DNA of 21,255 nucleotides from an uncultured bacterium. Lineage in GTDB: Bacteria; SAR324; NAC60-12. This document shows positions 8,499 to 17,014 of the stretch, piece after piece. Position numbers and translations under genes: made by a program. A model generated the notes under the pieces. It searched no databases and was not told the origin of the DNA. It worked only from the letters and a program-made list of their open reading frames with translations. The DNA lies in NCBI GenBank assembly GCA_964010765.1, contig CAXGMD010000061.1, positions 1-21,255 on the forward strand, given 5' to 3'. Each line of letters opens with the position of its first letter. Positions within the stretch are counted from its first letter, which is position 1.

Positions 8499-10103
8499 TC
8501 ATTCGGTATTCTCCTCAAGAAGGGGCAAACGTAATTCGACCTCAAGGCCTCCGAAAGATCCCCTCCGAGCACTTATCTTCCCCTGGTGTGCCTGCATCAG
8601 TTCCTGGCAGATTGCCAAGCCTAGCCCACTTCCACCACTTACTCGATTTCTAGACTGCTCAGTTCTGTAGAATCTGTCGAATAAATGTGGAAGATCTGCC
8701 TCCGAAACTCCGGGTCCATTGTCACTTAGCAATAGAACAGCTTCATTCTGGTCAAAACCACTGCGAACTTCCAGATTGCTCTCTGGAGCATGGCGGGCTG
8801 TGTTTTCCATTAAATTCAAGAGAACTTGATGCATGCGGTCGTAATCTCCATTTATGAGAAGTTCAGCTTGTGTTGGTGTCCAGTTAACTTTCACTCTCGC
8901 TGCCTCTAAACGAGTTTGAGCCTGTTTCAAAGCCTCGGTCACTAGCTTATTGAGTTCAAGTGGCCTAAGGAAGAGTTCAAGCTTGCCTAGTTCAAGATGA
9001 TTGATCAGGCGGAGGTCTTCAACGATTCTTTGTAATCGAGTTGTCTCCTGATGCAATGAGGCTAGGCTATTTTGATCGAAGGAACGGACGCCATCTTCCA
9101 GCGCCTCAATTTCTCCTTTCAAAATAGAAAGTGGAGTCCTCAGCTCATGAGCAGTATCTGCAAGCCATTGCTGCCTTTGGTATTCATAATTTTGGAGAGC
9201 AGCGGCCATTTCATTAAAGGCTTGCGCCAATTGCCCTAACTCATCAGAGGTTGCAACTGGAATACGCGTGTCTAGTTGGTGCTCTCTTAGTTTTTCTGTT
9301 CCATTCTTCAACTCATGCACAGGTTTCAGCAACTGTCTGGAAACTAGCCAGGCGATCAAAGCACCTAGCAGGACTAAGGAGCCACCAAAAAACCAGAGCC
9401 ACTGAAGGTTTCTCTCTAAAAAACGCAGGCCGCTTTGTGGAACGTTTCCATGCCATTGGAGAAAGGCTACATTTCGATCCCTGTAATTTATTGGTAGTCG
9501 CAAGACCACATTTTGATTTGACGGCTGCCCGGCAATTAAGCGCCCTTTTGTGTCGACAAGGGTTAGGTTTCTTCCCCATTCTCTGGCCTTAGGTGGTTTT
9601 CGAATCCGTGGTCCATCCAAATCAGGGCTTGATTCAAACAGTTCAAAGGGTTCATCAAAGCCTTCAAATAAATTTCTAGGACCAAGTTTTCTAGGGTTCC
9701 GCAAGCTTGAGGGCAAATTTTCTCCCTCTAAAACTGCCTGTCGCAGAGATTCCTGGAGTATAATGAACCAATAGATTCTTTGATGCTCTAGAAGGTTCCA
9801 ACTCCGTTGGATAGCGTAGTGTTGTTCTAGCACCCCAATAACATAACGAAGACGTCCAGATTCTTGCTGTTGAAGAAAGTCTCTAAATTCTGAACGCACT
9901 TGGTGGTTTACAGCAAACATCATCAGACCCATCAACAAGACAGCATGAAATACAAAGGCTAAAAATAGCTTTGTGAACAATGATAGAAATGGCCGCCGGA
10001 CCCCAAATCCTTGCTGATTCACTAGGCTAGATTTTTTGGGAGTTGAATAAAAAGATACCAATTGATTTTTGATTATCTGACCGAAATAACCAAAGTTCAT
10101 CAT
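8499..10103 (-). CDS. Membrane HAMP sensor histidine kinase, BaeS-like (true start possibly GTG 10022)
   Basis: Two TM segments, HAMP (DELGQLAQAFNEM), H-box AHELRTPL, N-box NLMEN, G1 DNGPG, F-box LFDRFYR, G2 GSGLGL. Confidence 0.93.
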   Translation of the reverse strand: MMNFGYFGQIIKNQLVSFYSTPKKSSLVNQQGFGVRRPFLSLFTKLFLAFVFHAVLLMGLMMFAVNHQVRSEFRDFLQQQESGRLRYVIGVLEQHYAIQRSWNLLEHQRIYWFIILQESLRQAVLEGENLPSSLRNPRKLGPRNLFEGFDEPFELFESSPDLDGPRIRKPPKAREWGRNLTLVDTKGRLIAGQPSNQNVVLRLPINYRDRNVAFLQWHGNVPQSGLRFLERNLQWLWFFGGSLVLLGALIAWLVSRQLLKPVHELKNGTEKLREHQLDTRIPVATSDELGQLAQAFNEMAAALQNYEYQRQQWLADTAHELRTPLSILKGEIEALEDGVRSFDQNSLASLHQETTRLQRIVEDLRLINHLELGKLELFLRPLELNKLVTEALKQAQTRLEAARVKVNWTPTQAELLINGDYDRMHQVLLNLMENTARHAPESNLEVRSGFDQNEAVLLLSDNGPGVSEADLPHLFDRFYRTEQSRNRVSGGSGLGLAICQELMQAHQGKISARRGSFGGLEVELRLPLLEENTE

Positions 10104-10293
10104 GTGAATCTTAGACCTTAAAATTTTACTGAAATTATTAGTTGAGCTTAAGCTGATTGAGCCTTAAATTTTTGATTCTGGTTCTGAAAAAGTCTTTTCT
10201 ACGTTAAAGAGTGAACCATTCTTGTTTGATCACCGAAGTCGTTGTTGACCCATAATGCTGTTAATCAAAGTCCAAATGTTCTCACATGCAAAT

Positions 10294-10590
10294 TTACTGA
10301 ATTTGATTTCCTATAAAATTTTCTGTTCGGAATAACGATTGAAATACTTCCCAATAATGAGGATGCTCCTTCTCAAAACGGGATCTTAATTCACTGTAAA
10401 CTGAGGAGGGTGGCGAAACGCTCCAATGCGGAGTATCTGGATTATCAATCCTTGCGGCCAAAAATCCGTTTAGCCATTGAAGTTGGAGTTCTTTATTCTC
10501 AAGAGGTGGTAAGTATTCTGTTGGAATTGAAGTTGGACAGCGAAAAGCAGCCCAACCGTATCCATACCAGTCAACCTGATTATCTTTCAA
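10294..10590 (-). CDS. Hypothetical 98-aa protein with an Rmf-like N-terminal motif pattern
   Basis: TTG start preceded by AAGAGG. Fills an intergenic gap. YGYGWAA...P...QWLNGFLAA pattern. Confidence 0.6.
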   Translation of the reverse strand: MKDNQVDWYGYGWAAFRCPTSIPTEYLPPLENKELQLQWLNGFLAARIDNPDTPHWSVSPPSSVYSELRSRFEKEHPHYWEVFQSLFRTENFIGNQIQ

Positions 10591-10758
10591 ATTGCCTCTT
10601 TGGGATTTTTTTTGCTAGTTTCTGAGGAGGAACTTTGTCATTATGTGGCATCTTTTTTAAACCTGAAACTCCTGAAAGGAATTAAATGACCTTTACTTCA
10701 GCTTACTTAGTCTTCTTGATTTTCTTCTTTGTCTTCTTCTTCCCAATGGCACTAGGGG

Positions 10759-10998
10759 TTGGTCTCTACTGGTATGAAAAGAAGTCTGGAATGGATAACG
10801 CCTGATCAGATGATAGAATTCATTATAGTTGCCTCTCTTGCACCGTTTTTTCTGCTTGGGGTTGCAACCATGCTTCAAGGTGGTCTTTTAGCAGGTTTTG
10901 GGGGAGCATGTTTGGCATTCCTGACACTGTTCTTTGTCTACCGTTTCTTGAAAGATGAAATTCATCGACGGTTTCAATTATCGAAATCTACAAACTGA
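10759..10998 (+). CDS. Small two-TM membrane protein (start uncertain: 10759, 10774 or 10810)
   Basis: Two hydrophobic stretches followed by a basic tail (YRFLKDEIHRRF). First ORF of a + strand run. Confidence 0.6.
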   Translation: MVSTGMKRSLEWITPDQMIEFIIVASLAPFFLLGVATMLQGGLLAGFGGACLAFLTLFFVYRFLKDEIHRRFQLSKSTN

Positions 10999-11009
10999 AG
11001 AAAAATTTC

Positions 11010-11207
11010 ATGGTGCGCCCTAACTGCAAAGAAGACAGAGTCGATTCTATTATAGAAGCAACCCAAACCTTCAGAAGTCCAACTGACTTGCAAGACTTTC
11101 GAAATTGGTTGTTGGATCAAGGACCAAGTAAGAAAGAGGAATCTGTGAGTCAACTTGGCCCTACCAAATCAGACAAATGGATTGGATTTGGAGATAGGTT
11201 TCATTAA
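11010..11207 (+). CDS. Hypothetical 65-aa protein
   Basis: ATG 11 nt after the previous stop. Fills the gap to the next gene. No recognisable family. Confidence 0.4.
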   Translation: MVRPNCKEDRVDSIIEATQTFRSPTDLQDFRNWLLDQGPSKKEESVSQLGPTKSDKWIGFGDRFH

Positions 11208-11955
11208 GAAGCTTAAATCAAATCTGGTTTTTTGGACTCTCCTGTTTCTACTCAGTCCGACTCTCGCCACATCAGAAAATCACCTGAATTCCCAGAGATG
11301 GCTGCCCGGAGACCGATTGGAGTGGCATTCTCTCTATCTAGATAGTAACCCGAGAGCCAGCAGAACAATCAAATCTGTCAGAACAGCAATAGAGGGGAGA
11401 ACGACCATCAGAATGTCTCCTCAGCAGCAGTGGTCAGACTGGTTAACTTTCCAACTTTGGGAAAAGCCCTTTCTCCACGTTCCTCTCTGTTTCTCACCTC
11501 CTGAACTAACTATTGAAGAAAAATGGCGGTGGCGAGATTTTTTCGCTGGAGGTGGAACTCTGATGCTAGACCACTGTTCATCACAGACTGCCGCAATTGA
11601 AGAAGCATGGGTACTTTGGAGTAAGCTGCTTTTTCCGGAATCGAGTTGGGAAACAATGAGTCGTAGCCACGTTCTCTCCTACAGTTTTTATCTTCTTGAG
11701 AAGAAAATGCTTCTGGGAAATGAAGGAGTGCCAATCCGGCTTTTGGATCATGATGGAAGATTTATCATGATTTGGAATCGCTCCAAGCGATTTAGTTGGG
11801 AAACCATGATGCGTAATCAAGTCAGAATAAACCCCAACCCAACTGAGATAGAAACAGGGCTGAGGTTTTATGTGAATCTAGCAATGTATCTGCTTACTGG
11901 AGATTACAAAACAGATCAATTGCACCTGCCAACGATTTTGCTAAGGAGAAAATAA
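11155..11955 (+). CDS. DUF4159-like exported protein (start uncertain, may be TTG near 11182-11188)
   Basis: Signal-like IKKLKSNLVFWTLLFLLSPTLA, GGTLMLD, HVLSYSFYLL and C-terminal VNLAMYLLTGDYKTDQLH, as I recall for DUF4159. Confidence 0.75.
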   Translation: MALPNQTNGLDLEIGFIKKLKSNLVFWTLLFLLSPTLATSENHLNSQRWLPGDRLEWHSLYLDSNPRASRTIKSVRTAIEGRTTIRMSPQQQWSDWLTFQLWEKPFLHVPLCFSPPELTIEEKWRWRDFFAGGGTLMLDHCSSQTAAIEEAWVLWSKLLFPESSWETMSRSHVLSYSFYLLEKKMLLGNEGVPIRLLDHDGRFIMIWNRSKRFSWETMMRNQVRINPNPTEIETGLRFYVNLAMYLLTGDYKTDQLHLPTILLRRK

Positions 11956-11961
11956 GAAGAA

Positions 11962-12594
11962 ATGATTTTTCAACTCGAACCACAATTGATGCTTTTACTA
12001 ATTTTCTCTCTACTCTTTGCGTTGACTTTTCATGAATTCGCACACGCTGCGATTGCCTATTTATGTGGGGATGGTACGGCAAAGTATCTGGGAAGACTTA
12101 CGTTGAACCCGCTCGCTCATCTGGATCTGTTCGGAAGCTTGATGCTCCTGTTTGCTGGCTTTGGTTACGCTAAGCCAGTTCCTGTCAATCCAAGAAATTT
12201 CAGGATCAGAAATGCAGACCTATATGTCTCTGCAGCAGGCCCGTTAAGCAATTTAATCCTTGCTGGAATTGGAGCGTGGCTGTTGGGAATGAGCTTTCAG
12301 GGGGGATGGCAAACGGTCTGGGATTTTCCTCTGGGCGAGTTACTTGTCTGGTTTTCTTTAATCAACATGAATTTGTGCCTCTTCAATCTACTCCCCATCG
12401 GACCGCTTGATGGAAGTTCAGTATGGCCCTATTTTCTACCCGATGCTCCCCGCAGAAAGTTCATGGAATTCAATGACAGATATGGGACCCAAGTACTTAT
12501 GGGACTGGTCATGGTGAGCCTTGCCCTCCCGGGCTTCAGCCCATTTCGTTGGATTGGAGAAGCAAGCCGAGGCCTGATTTCATGGATGGTTTGA
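11962..12594 (+). CDS. Site-2 protease family intramembrane Zn metalloprotease (M50)
   Basis: HEFAH, GRLTLNPLAHLD, AKPVPVN, AGPLSN and FNLLPIGPLDG motifs. Confidence 0.95.
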   Translation: MIFQLEPQLMLLLIFSLLFALTFHEFAHAAIAYLCGDGTAKYLGRLTLNPLAHLDLFGSLMLLFAGFGYAKPVPVNPRNFRIRNADLYVSAAGPLSNLILAGIGAWLLGMSFQGGWQTVWDFPLGELLVWFSLINMNLCLFNLLPIGPLDGSSVWPYFLPDAPRRKFMEFNDRYGTQVLMGLVMVSLALPGFSPFRWIGEASRGLISWMV

Positions 12595-12604
12595 ACCCTT
12601 TTAA

Positions 12605-12781
12605 TTAGGTATGGGGTTCAGAGTTTCCATGACTATGCTCAGGTGAGATTCGGTTTGTTGAGGATGAATATACAGGTCCGTGATGATTGGATTGAAACAT
12701 TTTGCGGAAGAAAAAGATAGCGATTAAACTCGCACCCGTTAGCGCACTTAACATCAGTAAAATACCTAAAAACATTTCCAT
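12605..12781 (-). CDS. 58-aa single-TM small protein with His/Ser-rich tail (absent from ORF track)
   Basis: AAGGAG 5 nt before the ATG. Translates to MEMFLGILLMLSALTGASLIAIFFFRKMFQSNHHGPVYSSSTNRISPEHSHGNSEPHT. Confidence 0.7.
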   Translation of the reverse strand: MEMFLGILLMLSALTGASLIAIFFFRKMFQSNHHGPVYSSSTNRISPEHSHGNSEPHT

Positions 12782-12991
12782 GGAAGCTCCTTAGTTAGTT
12801 GAATGATTCATCGTAGAAAGCTCTTTAACTGCATGAACTCTTCCTCTTCTTCGCTTCAAAAACATATTTGCTTGGGAGCCAGAAATCGAGGGATCTTAAA
12901 GATTTTACAATTTTTACTTCTTAAAAATTTGGACGATAAAACACTTTTTTCGAAATAATATTATTTTTTTAATTTATTCACTCTTAAAAAA

Positions 12992-14581
12992 TTAAAGTCT
13001 TATTTTACAAACAAAATTTATATTTGGTAGGTTCTCCAATTCTTTGAGCACATCCTCTTCGATATCTTCATCGACTCTCAGTAGCGCCATTGCTTCCCCA
13101 CCCTTTTGGTCTCTTCCTAAATTAAATTGATCAATATTAACATTGTGTTTTCCCAAACACGCGCCAATGGCACCGATAATTCCTGGCCTGTCATTATTTT
13201 TGATGGTCAAGATCGTTCCAGTCGGAGCCATTTCAAGAACAAACCCGTTGATCAGGGTTAACCTGGGGTGGGGGCCACTGAAAACAACCCCACCAATCGT
13301 AAACTCCTCTTCGCGCTTACTCAGAGTACACTTGAGCGCGTTCTCGTAGTCACTGAAATGATGGTCTTTCTCTTCTTCTATCCTCAGTCCGATTCTTTGA
13401 GCCAGTTGCTCAGCATTTACAAAGCTCACCGTTTCGTGATGTTGGCTGAGAAATCCTTTTAAAAAACAAAGACGTAGTAGCGCAACGTTTTGTTTGGCAA
13501 GTGTGCCTCGATACTTCAGAGTTAATAGTGATGGTGAAAAACGCATAAATTGCGAAGCAAATGACCCCATTTTCTCAGCAAGGGATGTGTAACTTGAGAC
13601 AAGGTCGCCCTCCAATATCTGCACTCTTGGCATGTTCACCGGAAAGTCAACAACTCCTCCTCTTAGGGCTTTTGGCACCTGGCTAGCCACTGATTCTGCG
13701 ATTCTCAACTGGGCTTCTGTGGTGGATGCACCAATATGCGGAGTCATCACAACATTAGGTAATTCTGCAAAGGGGTTGTTGACTGGAGGTTCTTTCTCCC
13801 AGGTGTCTATTCCAACTCCCCCAACTTTCCCTGCTTTCAAAGCCGACAAGAGGTCATTTTCGTTGACGATCCCTCCCCGCGCCGCATTGATGATTACGAC
13901 ACCATCCTTCATCGATTTGAGTTCACTAGCCCCGATCATCCCGATGGTTTCCTTATTCTTCGGGGTGTGGACACTCAGGATATCTACCTCCTCAAGAATT
14001 TCTTTCAGTGAACTCTTTAGAACCCCGTGCCGTTCAAAAACCTCATCCGCAATGTAGGGATCGTAAGCCAACACACGCATATCGAAGGCTCTACAAAATT
14101 TAGCCACCCGATGCCCAACGTTTCCAAGCCCAATCAAGCCAATCGTCTTATTCATCAACTCAGTTCCACTAAACTGATGCCGATCCCAACCTCCTTCTTT
14201 CATTCTTTGATGAGCTGGAACCAGGTTTCTGAAGGTTGCCAGAAGGAGTGCTAGTGTCAATTCAGCAGCAGAGTTAGTATTTTTCCCTGGACTGTGCAAA
14301 ACAAGAATGCCTTTTTGAGTTGCATAGTCCACATCGATATTTGCGATACCCACCGCAGCTCTTGCAATGACTCTTAGACGTGTTGCCCGATCAATTAGTT
14401 CATGATCTACAGGGGTTTCAGATCGGGTTATAATCCCGTCGTAATCGGGGATTTTCTCAAGAATCTGGGACCTTGGTAAATCAGGGGAGTAATCGATCAG
14501 AATGTCTTGTTCAGCTTCAAGAAGTTCAAGTGCTAAAGGATGCAAAGCTCCAGTGATGAGAACTTTGTATTTTGATGACAT
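12992..14581 (-). CDS. serA: D-3-phosphoglycerate dehydrogenase, long type with ASB and ACT domains
   Basis: GLGNVG NAD fold, INAARGG, TPHIGAST, and a C-terminal ACT domain (NNDRPGIIG). 529 aa. Confidence 0.95.
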   Translation of the reverse strand: MSSKYKVLITGALHPLALELLEAEQDILIDYSPDLPRSQILEKIPDYDGIITRSETPVDHELIDRATRLRVIARAAVGIANIDVDYATQKGILVLHSPGKNTNSAAELTLALLLATFRNLVPAHQRMKEGGWDRHQFSGTELMNKTIGLIGLGNVGHRVAKFCRAFDMRVLAYDPYIADEVFERHGVLKSSLKEILEEVDILSVHTPKNKETIGMIGASELKSMKDGVVIINAARGGIVNENDLLSALKAGKVGGVGIDTWEKEPPVNNPFAELPNVVMTPHIGASTTEAQLRIAESVASQVPKALRGGVVDFPVNMPRVQILEGDLVSSYTSLAEKMGSFASQFMRFSPSLLTLKYRGTLAKQNVALLRLCFLKGFLSQHHETVSFVNAEQLAQRIGLRIEEEKDHHFSDYENALKCTLSKREEEFTIGGVVFSGPHPRLTLINGFVLEMAPTGTILTIKNNDRPGIIGAIGACLGKHNVNIDQFNLGRDQKGGEAMALLRVDEDIEEDVLKELENLPNINFVCKIRL

Positions 14582-14646
14582 AATTTTGTCTGAATCAGAT
14601 GAAATAAAATGGGGATTTGGCCCATGCTAAATCGGCCGAAAGGGCA

Positions 14647-16866
14647 TCAGAGAACAATACTGGAGGCGTTGGCAGTAATGGTAAGGGCTTGGAAAGCACA
14701 TTTCCCACAGTATCCCTTGACTTCGACTAGGTAGCGAATGGTCTCATTCAGGCGGGCTTGTTCTTTATCATTCACAACGGCAGTGCTGGTTCCACTCTTG
14801 ATCCAACCCAAAAGCTTCATATTTTCGCCAGATTTGAACTCGTTCTCGAACACATATTTCTTGATTGCGTTTTGATAGGAGGGTTCATCAGAGAGAATCA
14901 CTCGGTGATTGACACTTGCAATCGCATCGCTGAGTTCTTTACGGAATACGTCTTTATCAGGCACTCCAAGATATTGCTCAATAGTCTGCATAAACTTTTC
15001 GTCGGGCTGAACATCAGTCTGTGTGACTTCGTGCTTCACTTTGGTATTCAGTGCGTAGGCGCGAACGTGATCCGTATATTTCTTCCATGTTGTCTCCAAA
15101 ACTGAGTCATCCCTCAAGATTGCGCTATATACGTCACTGGCGATTTGTCCCATAATCCAGTTTTTGGCCTGAGGTAAAATCTTCTCCACGTAGTGGTTCA
15201 ATTTTGTCTTTTGCTGGGCATAGGATTCCTTGATTGCATGCTCTGTCCGAACATACAAATCCAGTGGGCTCACGCAAGGATTTTCCAGGGCAATGGAAGT
15301 CAACATAGCATGATCACCACTCTCCTGCATCAGGCGCTGAAGGTTTGCGGCAAATTCATTGATTTGAAAATGTTCTGTATTTTCAAAAACATTTTGAATA
15401 AATCGTGGGTCAAGTCCAAAGGTGCCCTCTGACGGCTTGATGAAAGCAAACTCGTCCAAAATCATTCGGGCCATGTTGTTATCCACACCGCTGTCAGCTC
15501 TACCTGCATAGATCAAAGCTTTCTGCAGAAGGGTCATATTTGGGTTCTGCTTTGACTCATAGAGTCGGGACATGACAGCCATCAGACTCAACAAGGTCAG
15601 GCTATGAGGTGCCACATGGGCGAGATGCTGCTTTTCTTTCTTCCAGTTTCTATGGCTGTTTGAGTAGGTGAACTCATAAATCATCTGCTCTTGCTTGAAG
15701 TCAACCGAAAGTGGCATTTCAATGAAGGTTGTCCTGGATCTTAATGCTTCGAAGGAAGCATTCTCCATGAACATATTGAACTCATGGAAATTGGTATGCC
15801 CAATAATGACTCCGTTGAAAGGAATCGGCGGTTGACCCTCAGGTTTGAAGAAGCGATCTTGGGTCGCAAAAAGTAATTCATATAGAAATTTGTCTGAGAG
15901 CTTCAAAATTTCATGAATTTCAACCAATCCGTTGGCCCCAGCACACAATTCTCCTTTATAGTCATGAACCAGCGGGTGAGATTCGCTTCCAAAGCGAGGT
16001 AGAAGGCTGTAGTCAATATTTCCAACCAGAGATCCTGCTTCCTGACTTTTTTCATCCCGGGGAGTGTAGGAGCCAATTCCCGTCTTCGTTCGAGCATCAT
16101 AAACCATGCGCTTCGCCTTCAAATAAGGAAGAAGCTCTGTGAAGGAAATATCCTTCATTCTCATGAAATCACGCAGAACGTACTCGCTGTAGGGAGAAAG
16201 TCGACCACTGATCGTTACGCTGAATTCCTTGTCGTAATGAGAATGATTTGCTAACCATTCTTTTAAGATTTCTTGATCTGTCCCGCTGACTATCTCACTT
16301 GCAAATGCCTTTCTCGTTTCTTCTGGAAGAACTTGAAGAGGCTTTTCAAACAATGGGCTCTGTAGGTAGAAGATGCCTTCTTCTTCGAACAGAGCCTGAT
16401 CCCTGAGTCTTTTATCAACAGTTGGCAGTAGTAGGGTGTGAGTTTTACCCTCTTCAGAATGGGAGTATTGCTTAAGGGCAAGCTTAATTCCCTCCATTGA
16501 CCTTGATTTAGCGGCTCCAGGTGGCCCTAAAAGAATCCAAAGTCGTTTTGATGCCTCAAGGCCACGGCTGGCATTATTAATTTTTTCAACTAAATTTTCC
16601 TTAGCTTTTTGCTGGCCAAAAACAACATAACCACCAACCCGATCAGAATTTTCAAAGAATTGATAGTGATGCTTGATCGGTTTCCCTGGACTGATGGAGT
16701 GGTCTACCCCTGAAGATAGCAACATGTCATGGAGAAGCTGAAAGGTGTCACGAGTCACCCAGGGTTCTCGTTGAACGAGTTGGAGATATTCATCGAAGCT
16801 CAGAATTTCTTCGGAAACATTTCGCTTGGAGCTATTTTCAAGTAGTGTCTGGAGTGCTTCTCTCAT
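14647..16866 (-). CDS. prkA: PrkA/YeaG family AAA+ protein (putative serine protein kinase)
   Basis: P-loop LLGPPGAAKS, DEKSQEAGSLVG, GELCAGANGLVEIHEILK, VIIGHTN, ALRSR, EGTFGLDPRF and C-terminal GYCGKCA. Confidence 0.85.
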   Translation of the reverse strand: MREALQTLLENSSKRNVSEEILSFDEYLQLVQREPWVTRDTFQLLHDMLLSSGVDHSISPGKPIKHHYQFFENSDRVGGYVVFGQQKAKENLVEKINNASRGLEASKRLWILLGPPGAAKSRSMEGIKLALKQYSHSEEGKTHTLLLPTVDKRLRDQALFEEEGIFYLQSPLFEKPLQVLPEETRKAFASEIVSGTDQEILKEWLANHSHYDKEFSVTISGRLSPYSEYVLRDFMRMKDISFTELLPYLKAKRMVYDARTKTGIGSYTPRDEKSQEAGSLVGNIDYSLLPRFGSESHPLVHDYKGELCAGANGLVEIHEILKLSDKFLYELLFATQDRFFKPEGQPPIPFNGVIIGHTNFHEFNMFMENASFEALRSRTTFIEMPLSVDFKQEQMIYEFTYSNSHRNWKKEKQHLAHVAPHSLTLLSLMAVMSRLYESKQNPNMTLLQKALIYAGRADSGVDNNMARMILDEFAFIKPSEGTFGLDPRFIQNVFENTEHFQINEFAANLQRLMQESGDHAMLTSIALENPCVSPLDLYVRTEHAIKESYAQQKTKLNHYVEKILPQAKNWIMGQIASDVYSAILRDDSVLETTWKKYTDHVRAYALNTKVKHEVTQTDVQPDEKFMQTIEQYLGVPDKDVFRKELSDAIASVNHRVILSDEPSYQNAIKKYVFENEFKSGENMKLLGWIKSGTSTAVVNDKEQARLNETIRYLVEVKGYCGKCAFQALTITANASSIVL

Positions 16867-17014
16867 AACGATCTCATTTTTTGGGATGAAAACTTGGAAT
16901 TTGAAGATAATGGCTCAAAAAACAGCTAGAAAATCTGTCAAGGGGGAATACATTTTCCAGTCAGCAGTGGAGCATCATCTGGAGGATCTTTCAACATTTG
17001 CAGTGATTGGAGGC

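Noticed and set aside
9684..9703. AAGTTTTCTAGGGTTCCGCA resembles the 5' end of ykkC/guanidine-I riboswitches
   Set aside because: It is antisense inside the kinase CDS (LRNPRKL), and the downstream GGTCCGAG and 3' stem motifs are missing.
14604..14646. Hairpin between prkA and serA as a terminator
   Set aside because: The stem is weak, with a mismatch on the coding strand and no clean U tract.
15479..15487. Perfect DnaA box TTATCCACA
   Set aside because: It is a single copy inside the prkA CDS with no cluster, so it is compatible with chance.
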